The position numbers and the translations under genes are program-made. Below, in pieces: positions 10,116-23,812 of a stretch of DNA of 34,565 nucleotides; the first letter of the stretch is position 1, and each line of letters opens with the position of its first letter. The DNA is from a virus (Duplodnaviria; Heunggongvirae; Uroviricota; Caudoviricetes), in the IMG/VR virus record IMGVR_UViG_2896595138_000002, positions 1 to 34,565 of that record, one strand, 5' to 3'. The notes under the pieces were generated by a model. The model made no database searches, was not told where the DNA came from, and was given only the letters and a program-made list of their open reading frames with translations.

Positions 10116-11141
10116 TTACGCCAGTTGAACGGCCACGAACTCATCAGGATCAGCCAGCAGCATCAGCGGTGCTGACTGAATCATGGTGAACTCTCGCGCC
10201 GGATCGCCGGATGTCTTCCAGTTTTTCGGATAACGGGGAGACGCATTAATACCCTCACTCAATGCATCCGCATCCTGAATACAGCCATAGGAGCGCAGAC
10301 CGCGTGCATGAGTGTTACCCAGCACCATCGTGTTGTCCGGCAGGAAGTTCTTTTTGACGCCGTTTTCCACGTACTGTCCGGAATACACGACGATGGCCAC
10401 ATCGCCATACATTCCCTTATAAGACACCGCTTTGCCCAGGTCTTTTACCGCTGTCTCCAGTTCGGAATGAGAGCCGCGACGGGTATCCAGCTTCTCCCTG
10501 ACGGCTTTGAAGGAACGGAACAGCGCCCAGCCTTTCGGGTCAAACACGATGATATTCACCACGCCGCTGGCGTTCAGCGCGTAGGCTTCGATATCGTCGG
10601 TCGGGTCATACGTGGACTTGTCACGCTTGCTCCACTCCGTGCCGCCGGACTGCGTGATGTTGTTCGCCGCACTGCGGCCCATATCCACCTCAACCGGATC
10701 GAAGGCTTCACCGGTCATGGTGTATTTGCCCTTGAGCACGGCAGAAACGGCCTGCATCTCTTCGACCTGAGCAATGGCCAGCTCTTCGTCTCGCATGTTC
10801 TGCAGGATGATGCGACGGCGGCGGTAAGCCGGGTCCGCCAGATTCTGCGGATCTTCATCCGGCAGGCGACGCAGGGTCATCTGCGGATTCACCTCATGCT
10901 TGGGCTTGACATATCCCGGTGTAAATTCAGAGGTGGATCCGCCACGGGAACGGATAACCTCACCGGAAACAATCGGCGAAACGTACAGCGCCATGTTTAC
11001 CAGTCCCGGAATTTGTGAGAGATAGACTTTCTCCGTGGTGAAGGGATAGCTCTCACGGAAAAAGAGACGCAGAAACAGCGGATCAAACTTAAATTTCTGC
11101 TCATTTGCCGCCAGCAGCTGGGCGGTTGTGTACATCGACAT
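10116..11141 (-). CDS. E: Lambda E-like major capsid protein
   Basis: MSMYTTAQLLAANEQKFKFDPLFLRLFFRESYPFTTEKVYLSQIPGLVNMALYVSPIVSGEVIRSRGGSTSEF..., 341 aa from the internal Met. Confidence 0.95.
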   Translation of the reverse strand: MSMYTTAQLLAANEQKFKFDPLFLRLFFRESYPFTTEKVYLSQIPGLVNMALYVSPIVSGEVIRSRGGSTSEFTPGYVKPKHEVNPQMTLRRLPDEDPQNLADPAYRRRRIILQNMRDEELAIAQVEEMQAVSAVLKGKYTMTGEAFDPVEVDMGRSAANNITQSGGTEWSKRDKSTYDPTDDIEAYALNASGVVNIIVFDPKGWALFRSFKAVREKLDTRRGSHSELETAVKDLGKAVSYKGMYGDVAIVVYSGQYVENGVKKNFLPDNTMVLGNTHARGLRSYGCIQDADALSEGINASPRYPKNWKTSGDPAREFTMIQSAPLMLLADPDEFVAVQLA

Positions 11142-11196
11142 AAAAAAATCCCGTAAAAAAAGCCGCACAGGCGGCCTTTAGTGATGAAGGGTAAGG

Positions 11197-11529
11197 TTAA
11201 AGGATGCTGATTGCCGTTCCGGCAAACGCGGTCCGTTTTTTCGTCTCATCGCTGGCAGCCTCCGGCCAGAGCACATCCTCATAACGGAACGTGCCGGACT
11301 TGTAGAACGTCAGCGTGGTGCTGGTCTGGTCAGCAGCAACCGCAAGAATACCAACGGCAGCACCGTCGGTGGTGCCATCCCACGCAACCAGCTTACGGGT
11401 GGAGGTGTCCGGCATCAGCGGGGTCATTGCAGGCGCTTTCGCACTCAATCCGCCGGGCGCGGTTGCGGTATGAGCCGGGTCACTGTTGCCCAGCGGCTGG
11501 TAATGGGTAAAGGTTTCTTTGCTCGTCAT
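11197..11529 (-). CDS. D: Lambda D-like head decoration protein
   Basis: [39 protein letters not shown]..., 110 aa. Confidence 0.9.
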   Translation of the reverse strand: MTSKETFTHYQPLGNSDPAHTATAPGGLSAKAPAMTPLMPDTSTRKLVAWDGTTDGAAVGILAVAADQTSTTLTFYKSGTFRYEDVLWPEAASDETKKRTAFAGTAISIL

Positions 11530-11552
11530 AAACATCCCTTACACTGGTGTGT

Positions 11553-12856
11553 TCAGCAAATCGTTAACGGCATCAGATGCCGGGTTACCTGCAGCCAGCG
11601 GTGCCGGTGCCCCTGCATCAGACGATCCAGCGCAGTGTCACTGCGCGCCTGTGCACTCTGTGGTGCAGCTGCCAGAATGCGGCGGGCCGTTTCCACGGTC
11701 ATACCAGGGGTTTCGGCCAGCACGCGTGCCTGTTCTTCGCGTCCGTGAGCCTCCTCACAGTTGAGGATCCCCATAATGCGACTGTTTTCTGCCGCAACCG
11801 CTGCGGTGATCTGCGCGTTCACGTCCGGCTGCGCAGCGCTGGCGTTCTCGCCCTCCGTCGCTTGCACCACGCCAGTAACGTCAGCCTGCGAAGCAGTGGC
11901 TGAAACAGTTGTTGATTGAGTCTCTTTGGTCATTCGCCCTCCTGAGAGACGGGATTTACGTGCATCCAGTGCATCACGCATGACGGTGATCGCATCGGTA
12001 CTGTTAACAAGTTCATCAGCCAGTCCGGCATCAATGGCCTCCTGACCGCTGTACACTGCAGCCTCGGTATCCAGCACAGCCTGCACGGACAGGCCGGTAT
12101 ATGCCGACACCTTCTGTGCAAACATCCGGCGGGTTGCATCCATCCGGGACTGCAGTGTTTCCCGGACATCATCCGGTAGATGGCTGTAGGGGTTGCCATC
12201 CACCTTATGGCTGCCGCTGTAAATCAGCGTGATTTCCACGCCCTGTTTCTCCAGCGCAGCACCGTAATTACTGTGAGCCATCATGACGCCGATGGAGCCT
12301 GTCCGGGCGGTCTGCGTGACCAGACGCCGGGAGGCGGCACTGGCAAGCAGCTGACCTGCGCTGCAGTTCATGTCATTGGCCAGCGCCCATACCGGCTTTA
12401 TGTCACGCACACGGGCGATGATGTCAGCGCAGTCAAATGCCCCTGCCACCATTCCGCCGGGCGTGTCCATATCCAGCAGAATGCCGTCCACCATCGGGTC
12501 GCTGGCAGCCTGTTGCAGACGGGCGATAATGCCGTTGTAACCGGTCATCCCGAATACGGCTGCAGCGCCCGCGTCCGGCTGACCAGCGTGCCGGAAACCG
12601 GCAGCACGGCGATGCCGTTCATGACCTGATAACTGCGGGCCTGTCGTGGTCCGTCATCATTAACGGATAACGCCAGCGGCGCGGGTGCCTCTCCGGCAGT
12701 CAGGCTGTCACCGGACACCGCATCCGTCAGGCGGCTGATCCCAAGCTGGCCTGCAAGCGCACAAAAGAAAACCCGCGCATAGGCGGGTTCAAGCATCAGC
12801 GGCTCATTAAAAGCCATGCTGGCAATATGCGGGAGATTACGCAGCTCTGCTGTCAC
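11553..12856 (-). pseudogene. C: Lambda C-like prohead protease / scaffold (S49 peptidase family), with two apparent frameshifts
   Basis: VTAELRNLPHIASMAF...RALQPYSG* (ORF 12545..12991) then MTGYNGIIARLQQAASDPMVDGILLDMDTPGG... (ORF 11553..12548) in another frame; C-terminus reads QGHRHRWLQV... instead of the expected QGAPAPLAAGNPASD. Shifts near 12552 and at C-run 11610..11613. Confidence 0.75.
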
Positions 12857-14121
12857 TCTTCTCCTCCTCTGTTGATTGTCGCAGTCCGGATTCAAATGCC
12901 GCAGCCGCCCAGGCGGGCGGTTTAAGACCGGCTGCACGGCGCTCCATCGTTTCACGGACCTGCTGGGCAAAAATTTCCTGATAGTCGTCACCGCGTTTTG
13001 CGCACTCTTTCTCGTAGGTACTCAGTCCGGCTTCTATCAGCATCACCGCTTCCTGTACTTCTTTCAGACCATCGATGGCCATACGACCGGAGCCTATCCA
13101 GTCACAGTTCCCCCAGGCGCTGCGGGCTTCCTGAAAGCTGAAACGCGCTTTTGAAGGTAACGTCACCACGCGGCGAACGATGGCCTCTTCCAGCCAGCAC
13201 AGAAACATCTGGCTCGCCTGACGGGATGCGACGAATTTTCGCCGCCCCATAAAGTACGCCCACGACTCGTTCGCACTGGCCCGTGCCGTGGAGTAGCTCA
13301 TCTGGGCGTAATTCCGGGAAAGCTGCTCATACGAGACACCCAGCCCGGCAGCGATATACCGCAACAGTGACTGCTCAAACACGGAGTAGCCGTTATCCGT
13401 GTCCTGAGCCGTCTGCAGGTTCAGTGAGTCCCCCGGCATCAGGTGCGGCACTTTTGCGCCTCCCAGACGGACCGGTGCTGCGGCGTAATACGCGGCAATT
13501 TCACCAATCCAGCCGGTCAGCTTGTCCCGCTGCTCCTTACTGTTCGCGCCCAGAATAAAATCCATCGCTGACTGCGTATCCAGCTCACTCTCAATGGTGG
13601 CGACATACATCGCCTTCACAATGGCGCTCTGCAGCTGCGTGTTCTGCAGTGTGTCGAGCATCTTCATCTGCTCCATCACGCTGTAAAACACATTTGCACC
13701 GCGGGTCTGCCCGTCCTCCACGGGTTCAAAAACGTGAATGAACGAGGCGCGCCCGCCGGGTAACTCACGGGGTATCCATGTCCATTTCTGCGGCATCCAG
13801 CCAGGATAGCCGTCCTCGCTGACGTAATATCCCAACGCCGCACCGCTGTCATTAATCTGCACACCGGCACGGCAGTTCCGGCTGTCGCCGGTATTGTTCG
13901 GGTTGCTGATGCGCTTCGGGCTGACCATCCGGAACTGTGTCCGGAACAGTCGCGAGGGACTGGTATCCCAGGTGGCCTGAACGAACAGTTCACCGTTAAA
14001 GGCGTGCATGGCCACACCTTCCCGAATCATCATGGTAAACGTGCGTTTCCGCTCAACGTCAATGCAGCAGCAGTCATCCTCGGCAAACTCTTTCCATGCC
14101 GCTTCAACCTCGCGGGAAAAA
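12837..14121 (-). pseudogene. B: Lambda B-like portal protein, 5'-truncated (about 105 N-terminal codons missing) by IS insertion
   Basis: ORF 12837..14165: gpB homology runs from ...FSREVEAAWKEFAEDDCCCIDVERKRTFTMMIREGVAMHAFNGELF... to ...EEEKSDSRAA; the first ~14 codons of the ORF are IS600-derived. Confidence 0.85.
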
Positions 14122-14941
14122 TTTCGCACGTATAAACATCTTTGATGCCAGCGAGGTACAACCATCCCTCCTGTGTGGCAACATACGTCAGGTCCGCCAC
14201 CCAGACCTGATTTGGTGCTGTAGGAGCGAACGTCTGGTTCAGCAGATTTGGCGCAACTGGCAGATTGTGGTTCGGGTTCGTAGTCGCTCTGAACTTGCGT
14301 TTCTGCTTACAGCGTAGCCTTAGCTCCTTACGAAGACGTGCCAGTCGGTCACGACCAACGATGATGCCATTCTCTGCCAGCTCCGTCTGGAGCCGCCGGG
14401 TTCCATATGTTTCGCGAGTGCGGATATGTGCCACCTTAATCTCCAGTTTTAGCCGCTCATCACTTTGTTTTCTGTCTGAGGGTTCATGCTGTACCCAGTT
14501 GTAATAACCGCTCCTGGATACACCAAATACCTGACACATCGCTTCAATGGGAAATTGTTGTCGCCATTGTTCGATTAACGCGTATTTTTCAGCGACTCCT
14601 GTGCAAAATACGCTGTTGCTTTTTTTAATATATCTCGCTCAAGGCGAGCTTCATTTAACGCCTTACGCAGTTGCAGAATTTCAGATTCCAGTTCAGCCAC
14701 CGTGCGGGAACCAGGAGTACCGAGCCCTTTTCTGGCGGCGGTAACCCATTGTCCTAAAGTGCCTTCAGGAAGGGATAATCGGGAAGCGCCTTCACTGATC
14801 GAAAGTTGATTTTCAAGAACCGTTCTGACAGCTTCGGCTTTGAACTCTTTAGAGTAACGTTGGGTTTTTCTGCTCATTATTAGCTCCTTCTGATGCCATT
14901 CTATTTCAGGAAGGAGTGTCCGTTAAACTCAGGCTACCTCA
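14122..14941 (-). mobile_element. IS600 (IS3 family), partial copy 1: left end + orfA + about 140 codons of orfB
   Basis: Left-end sequence TGAGGTAGCCTGAGTTTAACGGACACTCC (RC at 14919..14941); orfA at 14575..14877; identity to the other copies stops at 14122 where portal sequence begins. Confidence 0.85.
14575..14877 (-). CDS. IS600 OrfA (helix-turn-helix transposase subunit)
   Basis: 100-aa ORF MSRKTQRYSKEFKAEAVRTVLENQLSISEGASRLSLPEG...KKATAYFAQESLKNTR; A7 run at plus 14620..14626. Confidence 0.9.
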   Translation of the reverse strand: MSRKTQRYSKEFKAEAVRTVLENQLSISEGASRLSLPEGTLGQWVTAARKGLGTPGSRTVAELESEILQLRKALNEARLERDILKKATAYFAQESLKNTR

Positions 14942-15872
14942 GACTTTTGCTGGCCCGAAGACCAAATCCGAAGCGCCCGTTCTTTTCATCACGAAAGTTT
15001 TGCTCTATCTGCATTCGCCGACTGTATAACTTGATGATTTCTCGCGCTCTGAAGTCATTTGTACTGCTGAAGATCAACCAGGCTTCTTTTGCTGATTTGC
15101 TCTGTTCTTTGTCTGTTTTGTTTAAACCACTCTGACCTTTCGAACGTTTCTTTTTTCGCCCTTTTGCCGATTTCTTATAGGTGTAAAAATGCCCCCGGAT
15201 GCTTTTTTTCCTTTCTTTAACCAGCCTTCCAGCCCCCATATATTCCGGTGTTTTACATTCAGGGCTATCCGACACTTTTAACCATCTTTCAGGCGCGTTA
15301 TCGAGGCAATACTGAACGTTATTTCTGATCCGACCAATAAAATCCCAGCCCAGAGAAGTAATATGGTGAAACCATGCGCTCTGAAATCCAGCATCCGTGA
15401 CAATAATAACCCTGGCATCGGGGGGCAGGGATTGAGCAAGGGAATCAAGGAAATCATGTTGTATCAATGGATTATTTTGTTTTTCAGAAGGAACAACCTT
15501 ACTCAATAACGGAATGGAACGCCCGTCACACAGAAGGCTGGCACGAAGAACATGATGCTCCTGGGAGGGATAGCCACTCCAGTCTACGGCTATTACACAT
15601 AAAGATAACTGCCGTGTCAGCATTGAAGTGATATTCCTGAAAATCATTGGAATATCGCGATGGAGCGCCTCATTACCCATGAGGCGATCAATACGTTTGA
15701 TCTTATTCTTAACTTGTGCATTACCCGGCAAAAAACGTCCGATACTGGTCAGCGTCAGAGATGCTCCGTTGATTAACGCCACTGTGGCATCCATCAGGGC
15801 ATTTTGTCGGTACTGATGAAATGGTGCTAAGGCATCCCGGAAGAAATTCTGACATACTTTATGAACAGGCAT
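14942..15872 (-). pseudogene. IS10-like DDE transposase, C-terminal ~80 aa missing
   Basis: Homology ends at the IS600 junction, about 14941. Confidence 0.7.
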
Positions 15873-15954
15873 AGCAGTGATCTCATTGAATTGTTGGCAC
15901 AAATCAGTAGATCACATAATGCTATGTCTGTCTCGTTTTCTGGGGATTCCTCAG
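14942..15954 (-). mobile_element. IS4-family (IS10-like) element fragment, 3'-truncated by IS600 copy 1
   Basis: Transposase ORF 14934..15902 with IS10-like motifs (IKRIDRL, VDWS, LRAS, DAGF, KGRKKKRS, IYSKRMQIEQNFRD); terminus CTGAGGAATCCCC (RC) at about 15942..15954. Confidence 0.7.
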
Positions 15955-15982
15955 CCCAGAAGGGTGGGAATGGTGGACGTTT

Positions 15983-18084
<2,102 letters not shown>

Positions 18085-18110
<26 letters not shown>

Positions 18111-18630
18111 TCAGCAACCCCGGTATCAGTTCATCCAGCGCGGCTGCTTTGTTCATGGCTTTGATGATATCCCGTTTCAGGAAATCAACATGTCGGTTTT
18201 CCAGTTCCGGAAAACGCCGCTGCACCGACAGGGGGATCCCGTCGAGAATACTGGCAATTTCACCTGCGATCCGCGACAGCACGAAAGTACAGAATGCGGT
18301 TTCCACCACTTCAGCGGAGTCTCTGGCATTTTTCAGCTCCTGTGCGTCGGCCTGCGCACGCGTAAGTCGATGGCGTTCGTACTCAATAGTCCCTGGCTGG
18401 AGATCTGTCTCGCTGGCCCGCCGCAGTTCTTCAACCTCCCGGCGCAGCTTTTCGTTCTCAATTTCAGCATCCCTTTCGGCATACCATTTTATAACGGCGG
18501 CAGAGTCATAAAGCACCTCATTACCCTTGCCACCGCCTCGCAGAACGGGCATTCCCTGTTCCTGCCAGTTCTGAATGGTACGGATACTCGCACCGAAAAT
18601 GTCAGCCAGCTGCTTTTTATTGACTTCCAT
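18085..18630 (-). CDS. nu1: Lambda Nu1-like terminase small subunit
   Basis: 181-aa ORF MEVNKKQLADIFGASIRTIQNWQEQGMPVLRGGGKGNEVLYDSAAV... Confidence 0.9.
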
Positions 18631-18807
18631 TGTTCATTCCACGGACAAAAACAGAGAAAGGAAACGACAGAGGCCAAAAAGCTCGCTTTCAGCACCTGTC
18701 GTTTCCTTTCTTTTCAGAGGGTATTTTAAATAAAAACATTAAGTTATGACGAAGAAGAACGGAAACGCCTTAAACCGGAAAATTTTCATAAATAGCGAAA
18801 ACCCGCG

Positions 18808-18819
18808 AGGTCGCCGCCC
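18808..18819 (-). other. cos: cosN cohesive-end site, lambda type (GGGCGGCGACCT on minus strand), with cosB toward Nu1 and a cosQ-like region to the right
   Basis: Plus strand ...aaatagcgaaaacccgcgaggtcgccgcccgtaacctgtcggatcgccgg... is the reverse complement of the lambda left end joined to the lambda right end (recalled from memory). Confidence 0.85.
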
Positions 18820-19017
18820 GTAACCTGTCGGATCGCCGGAAAGGACCCGCAAAATGATAATAATTATCATCTACATGTCACAACGTGCATCTACGCCATC
18901 AAACCACGTCAAATAATCAATTATGACGCAGGTATCGTATTAATTGATCTGCATCAACTTAACGTAAAAAAAACTTCAGACAATACAAATCAGCAACACA
19001 GAATACGGGACAACCTC

Positions 19018-19212
19018 ATGTCAACGAAGAACAGAACCCGCAGAACAACAACCCGCAACATCCGCTTTCCTAACCAAATGATTGAACAAATTAACATCGC
19101 TCTTGATCAAAAAGGGTCCGGGAATTTCTCAGCCTGGGTCATTGAAGCCTGCCGTCGGAGACTAACGTCAGAAAAGAGAGCATATACATCAATCCAGAGT
19201 GATGATGGATGA
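19018..19212 (+). CDS. Small basic protein, hypothetical (resembles an ORF at the lambda right end)
   Basis: 64-aa ORF MSTKNRTRRTTTRNIRFPNQMIEQINIALDQKGSGNFSAW..., located just beyond cos. Confidence 0.5.
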   Translation: MSTKNRTRRTTTRNIRFPNQMIEQINIALDQKGSGNFSAWVIEACRRRLTSEKRAYTSIQSDDG

Positions 19213-19462
19213 ACATCCCGGTTTCTTTACCTTCCCTCCCTCCCCGCACAGAACTGGCGAGCGTGAGGGACCAATATGTGAGCCATAAATGCCTTATCTT
19301 CAGAAATGCAGTTGGTATCCGAATAGAACGATATTGTAAATTCACCTAAATACGAGGCATTGCTGTAGTTGAATTGCAGTACTGTATTAGCCTGACAGTG
19401 ACAGAATACGATATTGACTCTGTCACTTGTGAAATGGTCAGAATGGTTAGCAGTTATGGTGA

Positions 19463-19669
19463 TCAGTCAACCAACAGGGAATAATCCTTCGTATTCTTAT
19501 CGTGCTTTACTAACGCGGCCTCAATTGCCCTGAATGCTTCCAGAGATACTTGATGTTCTATACATGCAATTACAACATCCGGGTAACCCATCGAAATGGT
19601 GCTATTAAGCATAGTTTTTACACGAACCTGCTCCTGGGAGGGGGCATCAATGTATTGATCTTTATGCAT
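19463..19669 (-). CDS. Hypothetical protein
   Basis: 68-aa ORF with protein-like composition; no family recognised. Confidence 0.35.
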   Translation of the reverse strand: MHKDQYIDAPSQEQVRVKTMLNSTISMGYPDVVIACIEHQVSLEAFRAIEAALVKHDKNTKDYSLLVD

Positions 19670-19964
19670 TTTGTCGCTCCATTCGTTTGCTCTTCACTTG
19701 CGGCTAAAAATATAACGTCAAATAACTCAGCATGAAAGAGTGAAAGTTTCAGCGCGTTTCCCTTACATAATCTGTCGTTTGTATTCTCTTCAGGCATACC
19801 GGAAAGACTAGGTATTGTCACACAACCAATACCATCGACAATCGAGATTTATATCTATTCGGTAATGTTTAAATATAACAAAACCCCGTAAAAACGAGGT
19901 TTATGGGTAATTTGTATTGTTGAATAGCATCTGATGAGAAATTGATGCTAATACTATAAACATA

Positions 19965-20135
19965 CTAGATTAAATCAATCTTGATATCATAGCTTTCAAG
20001 ACCAGTCATTTTTTCCCGTGCAGTAAACTGGATACTGGTAACTTCTTTCCCGGTCTTTTTCTTAAGCTCAATGATTTTTTTTGTTATATATTCAGAAATA
20101 TCTGCTTCTGTTTTTGTTTTTAGCTCTTCAATGTT
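19965..20135 (-). CDS. gnsB: GnsA/GnsB-family small protein
   Basis: MNIEELKTKTEADISEYITKKIIELKKKTGKEVTSIQFTAREKMTGLESYDIKIDLI (57 aa from the internal Met of ORF 19965..20231). Confidence 0.75.
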   Translation of the reverse strand, partial: NIEELKTKTEADISEYITKKIIELKKKTGKEVTSIQFTAREKMTGLESYDIKIDLI

Positions 20136-20310
20136 CATCATTTCCTCTTTTAGTCTGTTATGACTTTCCTGGTACACAGTAGTGTCAATTATATGGAGCA
20201 AACGTATAAAAGATAAGATGAAACATCGCAATAATCAACATACGACGGTCTAAATTTCACACAAACAGATAAAGATGATTATCATTTATTATCAATGCAT
20301 TAGAATCAAA

Positions 20311-20502
20311 TCAATTCAAGAGTCTCATTGCTGCTTCCAGAATTTCTTCTGAAGTTACATGTCGATCCGCTGTTACATAAATGACTTTATGATCTCCGGT
20401 CAGAGATGGAAACCCTGCAGCCATTACAGTGAGGTGTGTTGTTTCGCCATTTGGGTATTCACGCATGATGGTGTTAACTCCGGTCATCACTGGCACTACC
20501 AT
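20311..20502 (-). CDS. Hypothetical small protein
   Basis: 63-aa ORF MVVPVMTGVNTIMREYPNGETTHLTVMAAGFPSLTGDHKVIYVTADRHVTSEEILEAAMRLLN. Confidence 0.4.
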   Translation of the reverse strand: MVVPVMTGVNTIMREYPNGETTHLTVMAAGFPSLTGDHKVIYVTADRHVTSEEILEAAMRLLN

Positions 20503-20810
20503 TGCTGGTTCAGAGTTAAAAAAACTATTATTTTTTTCATATGTTACCGTAATATGTGAGTATCCATCGACTAGACACTAAGCAAAAAAGCTCCCGAAGG
20601 AGCCTTCATTTTCACTTTCTTAAATCTAACGACAGATGGCTAACATTTAAGTATTGTGAAATATTATCAAATGTAATCATCATTGATTTACAAAAGATAC
20701 ATTTTGCCCCGAAAGGATTTCTGTCAGAAACATCAAAAGATGTTGTTCTATACTGAGAACCATGGCAACACGGGCATCTAAAGTGAATATGGTTTGTAAT
20801 ATTTTCTACC

Positions 20811-21023
20811 TCAAAGTGCCACTACATGAACAGCTGCAGGGCCTTTAGGTCCGTTCTCAATACCAAATTCGACTTCCTGATTCTCAGTTAACGTTTTGAA
20901 ATCGTTGCTCTGAATAGCTGAGAAATGCACAAACACATCTTTGCTACCATCTTTCGGCGTGATGAAACCAAAACCTTTTTCAGGGTTAAACCATTTCACT
21001 AAACCAGTCATTTTGTTAGACAT
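20811..21023 (-). CDS. cspI: Cold-shock protein, CspA family
   Basis: 70-aa [70 protein letters not shown]; RNP1/RNP2 motifs. Confidence 0.9.
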   Translation of the reverse strand: MSNKMTGLVKWFNPEKGFGFITPKDGSKDVFVHFSAIQSNDFKTLTENQEVEFGIENGPKGPAAVHVVAL

Positions 21024-21083
21024 TATTATTACCTTTTGAAGAAGTTACCCTTAAGATTTCAAGGATTTTGACTCATGGAAGAG

Positions 21084-22348
21084 TGAGGTAGCCTGAGTTT
21101 AACGGACACTCCTTCCTGAAATAGAATGGCATCAGAAGGAGCTAATAATGAGCAGAAAAACCCAACGTTACTCTAAAGAGTTCAAAGCCGAAGCTGTCAG
21201 AACGGTTCTTGAAAATCAACTTTCGATCAGTGAAGGCGCTTCCCGATTATCCCTTCCTGAAGGCACTTTAGGACAATGGGTTACCGCCGCCAGAAAAGGG
21301 CTCGGTACTCCTGGTTCCCGCACGGTGGCTGAACTGGAATCTGAAATTCTGCAACTGCGTAAGGCGTTAAATGAAGCTCGCTTTGAGCGAGATATATTAA
21401 AAAAAAGCAACAGCGTATTTTGCACAGGAGTCGCTGAAAAATACGCGTTAATCGAACAATGGCGACAACAATTTCCCATTGAAGCGATGTGTCAGGTATT
21501 TGGTGTATCCAGGAGCGGTTATTACAACCGGGTACAGCATGAACCCTCAGACAGAAAACAAAGTGATGAGCGGCTAAAACTGGAGATTAAGGTGGCACAT
21601 ATCCGCACTCGCGAAACATATGGAACCCGGCGGCTCCAGACGGAGCTGGCAGAGAATGGCATCATCGTTGGTCGTGACCGACTGGCACGTCTTCGTAAGG
21701 AGCTAAGGCTACGCTGTAAGCAGAAACGCAAGTTCAGAGCGACTACGAACCCGAACCACAATCTGCCAGTTGCGCCAAATCTGCTGAACCAGACGTTCGC
21801 TCCTACAGCACCAAATCAGGTCTGGGTGGCGGACCTGACGTATGTTGCCACACAGGAGGGATGGTTGTACCTCGCTGGCATCAAAGATGTTTATACGTGC
21901 GAAATTGTCGGCTACGCCATGGGAGCGCGCATGACAAAAGAGCTGACAGGTAAAGCCCTGTTTATGGCGCTCAGGAGCCAGCGCCCACCTGCCGGGCTAA
22001 TCCACCACCCTGATCGAGGTTCACAGTACTGCGCATACGATTACCGGGTCATACAGGAGCAGTTTGGTCTGAAAACATCAATGTCGCGTAAAGGTAACTG
22101 TTACGACAACGCTCCGATGGAAAGCTTCTGGGGAACGCTGAAAAATGAGAGCCTGAGCCACTATCGTTTTAATAACCGGGATGAAGCCATCTCAGTAATA
22201 CGGGAATACATTGAGATTTTCTACAATCGTCAGCGTCGTCACTCTCGTCTGGGGAATATCTCCCCGGCAGCCTTCAGGGAAAAATATCATCAGATGGCTG
22301 CTTAAAAAAAGAACAAATGGTAGTGTCCGCTATTGCCAGTACACCTCA
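21084..22348 (+). mobile_element. IS600 copy 2, complete, flanked by 3-bp direct repeat GAG
   Basis: Ends TGAGGTAGCCTGAG... and ...GCCAGTACACCTCA; GAG at 21081..21083 and 22349..22351; 1265 bp. Confidence 0.9.
21148..22305 (+). CDS. IS600 transposase as a single fused OrfAB reading frame (385 aa)
   Basis: A8 run at 21399..21406 (A7 in copies 1 and 3) joins orfA to orfB in one frame: ...DILKKSNSVFCTGVAEKYALIEQWRQQFPIEAMCQVFGVSR...; DDE domain present. Confidence 0.85.
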   Translation: MSRKTQRYSKEFKAEAVRTVLENQLSISEGASRLSLPEGTLGQWVTAARKGLGTPGSRTVAELESEILQLRKALNEARFERDILKKSNSVFCTGVAEKYALIEQWRQQFPIEAMCQVFGVSRSGYYNRVQHEPSDRKQSDERLKLEIKVAHIRTRETYGTRRLQTELAENGIIVGRDRLARLRKELRLRCKQKRKFRATTNPNHNLPVAPNLLNQTFAPTAPNQVWVADLTYVATQEGWLYLAGIKDVYTCEIVGYAMGARMTKELTGKALFMALRSQRPPAGLIHHPDRGSQYCAYDYRVIQEQFGLKTSMSRKGNCYDNAPMESFWGTLKNESLSHYRFNNRDEAISVIREYIEIFYNRQRRHSRLGNISPAAFREKYHQMAA

Positions 22349-22407
22349 GAGTCCTTTTTATTTAAATTTCACATTCAGCGCTAAAAATAATCCGATTTAA
22401 TATTAAT

Positions 22408-23434
<1,027 letters not shown>

Positions 23435-23539
23435 GGATATTTATCAGGATTTATCGGTTTCTGAACCCTAGATATGTTTATCTGTCCCGGCCTGTTGAAT
23501 CAGGCTGGGAAAAGGTAAAGACAATCAAGAGGATTATTT

Positions 23540-23812
23540 ATGGACAATAACACCATTTCTCTACAGGAGTTGCTCGACTGCATTTCCAGGCTTCGGGATG
23601 ATGTAAATGCCCTCACTGTTGCATTTTCATCTCTGGCCTTATCAATTCCCAGAGAACAAATGCAACCAACACTGGCATCGCTCCTGCTTGAATCACGCAA
23701 CCCCAAATGGTCCCAGGAACAACAAAATTCTTTCAAGTGGCTGGCGGCATTACTGGAAGAAAAATATGCTGGTAAAATTACCATTTCGGTGGAGTCTTCA
23801 GAGAATCAGTAA
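23540..23812 (+). CDS. Hypothetical 90-aa protein encoded antisense to the lysis cassette
   Basis: Strong SD (AAGAGG, 7 nt before ATG); predicted helical, non-membrane protein MDNNTISLQELLDCISRLRDDVNALTVAF... Confidence 0.5.
   Translation: MDNNTISLQELLDCISRLRDDVNALTVAFSSLALSIPREQMQPTLASLLLESRNPKWSQEQQNSFKWLAALLEEKYAGKITISVESSENQ

Noticed and set aside
23500-23784. 94-aa minus-strand ORF overlapping the plus-strand ORF90
   Set aside because: Entirely antisense to an ORF with a strong SD and better composition; Ser/Cys-rich with no RBS.
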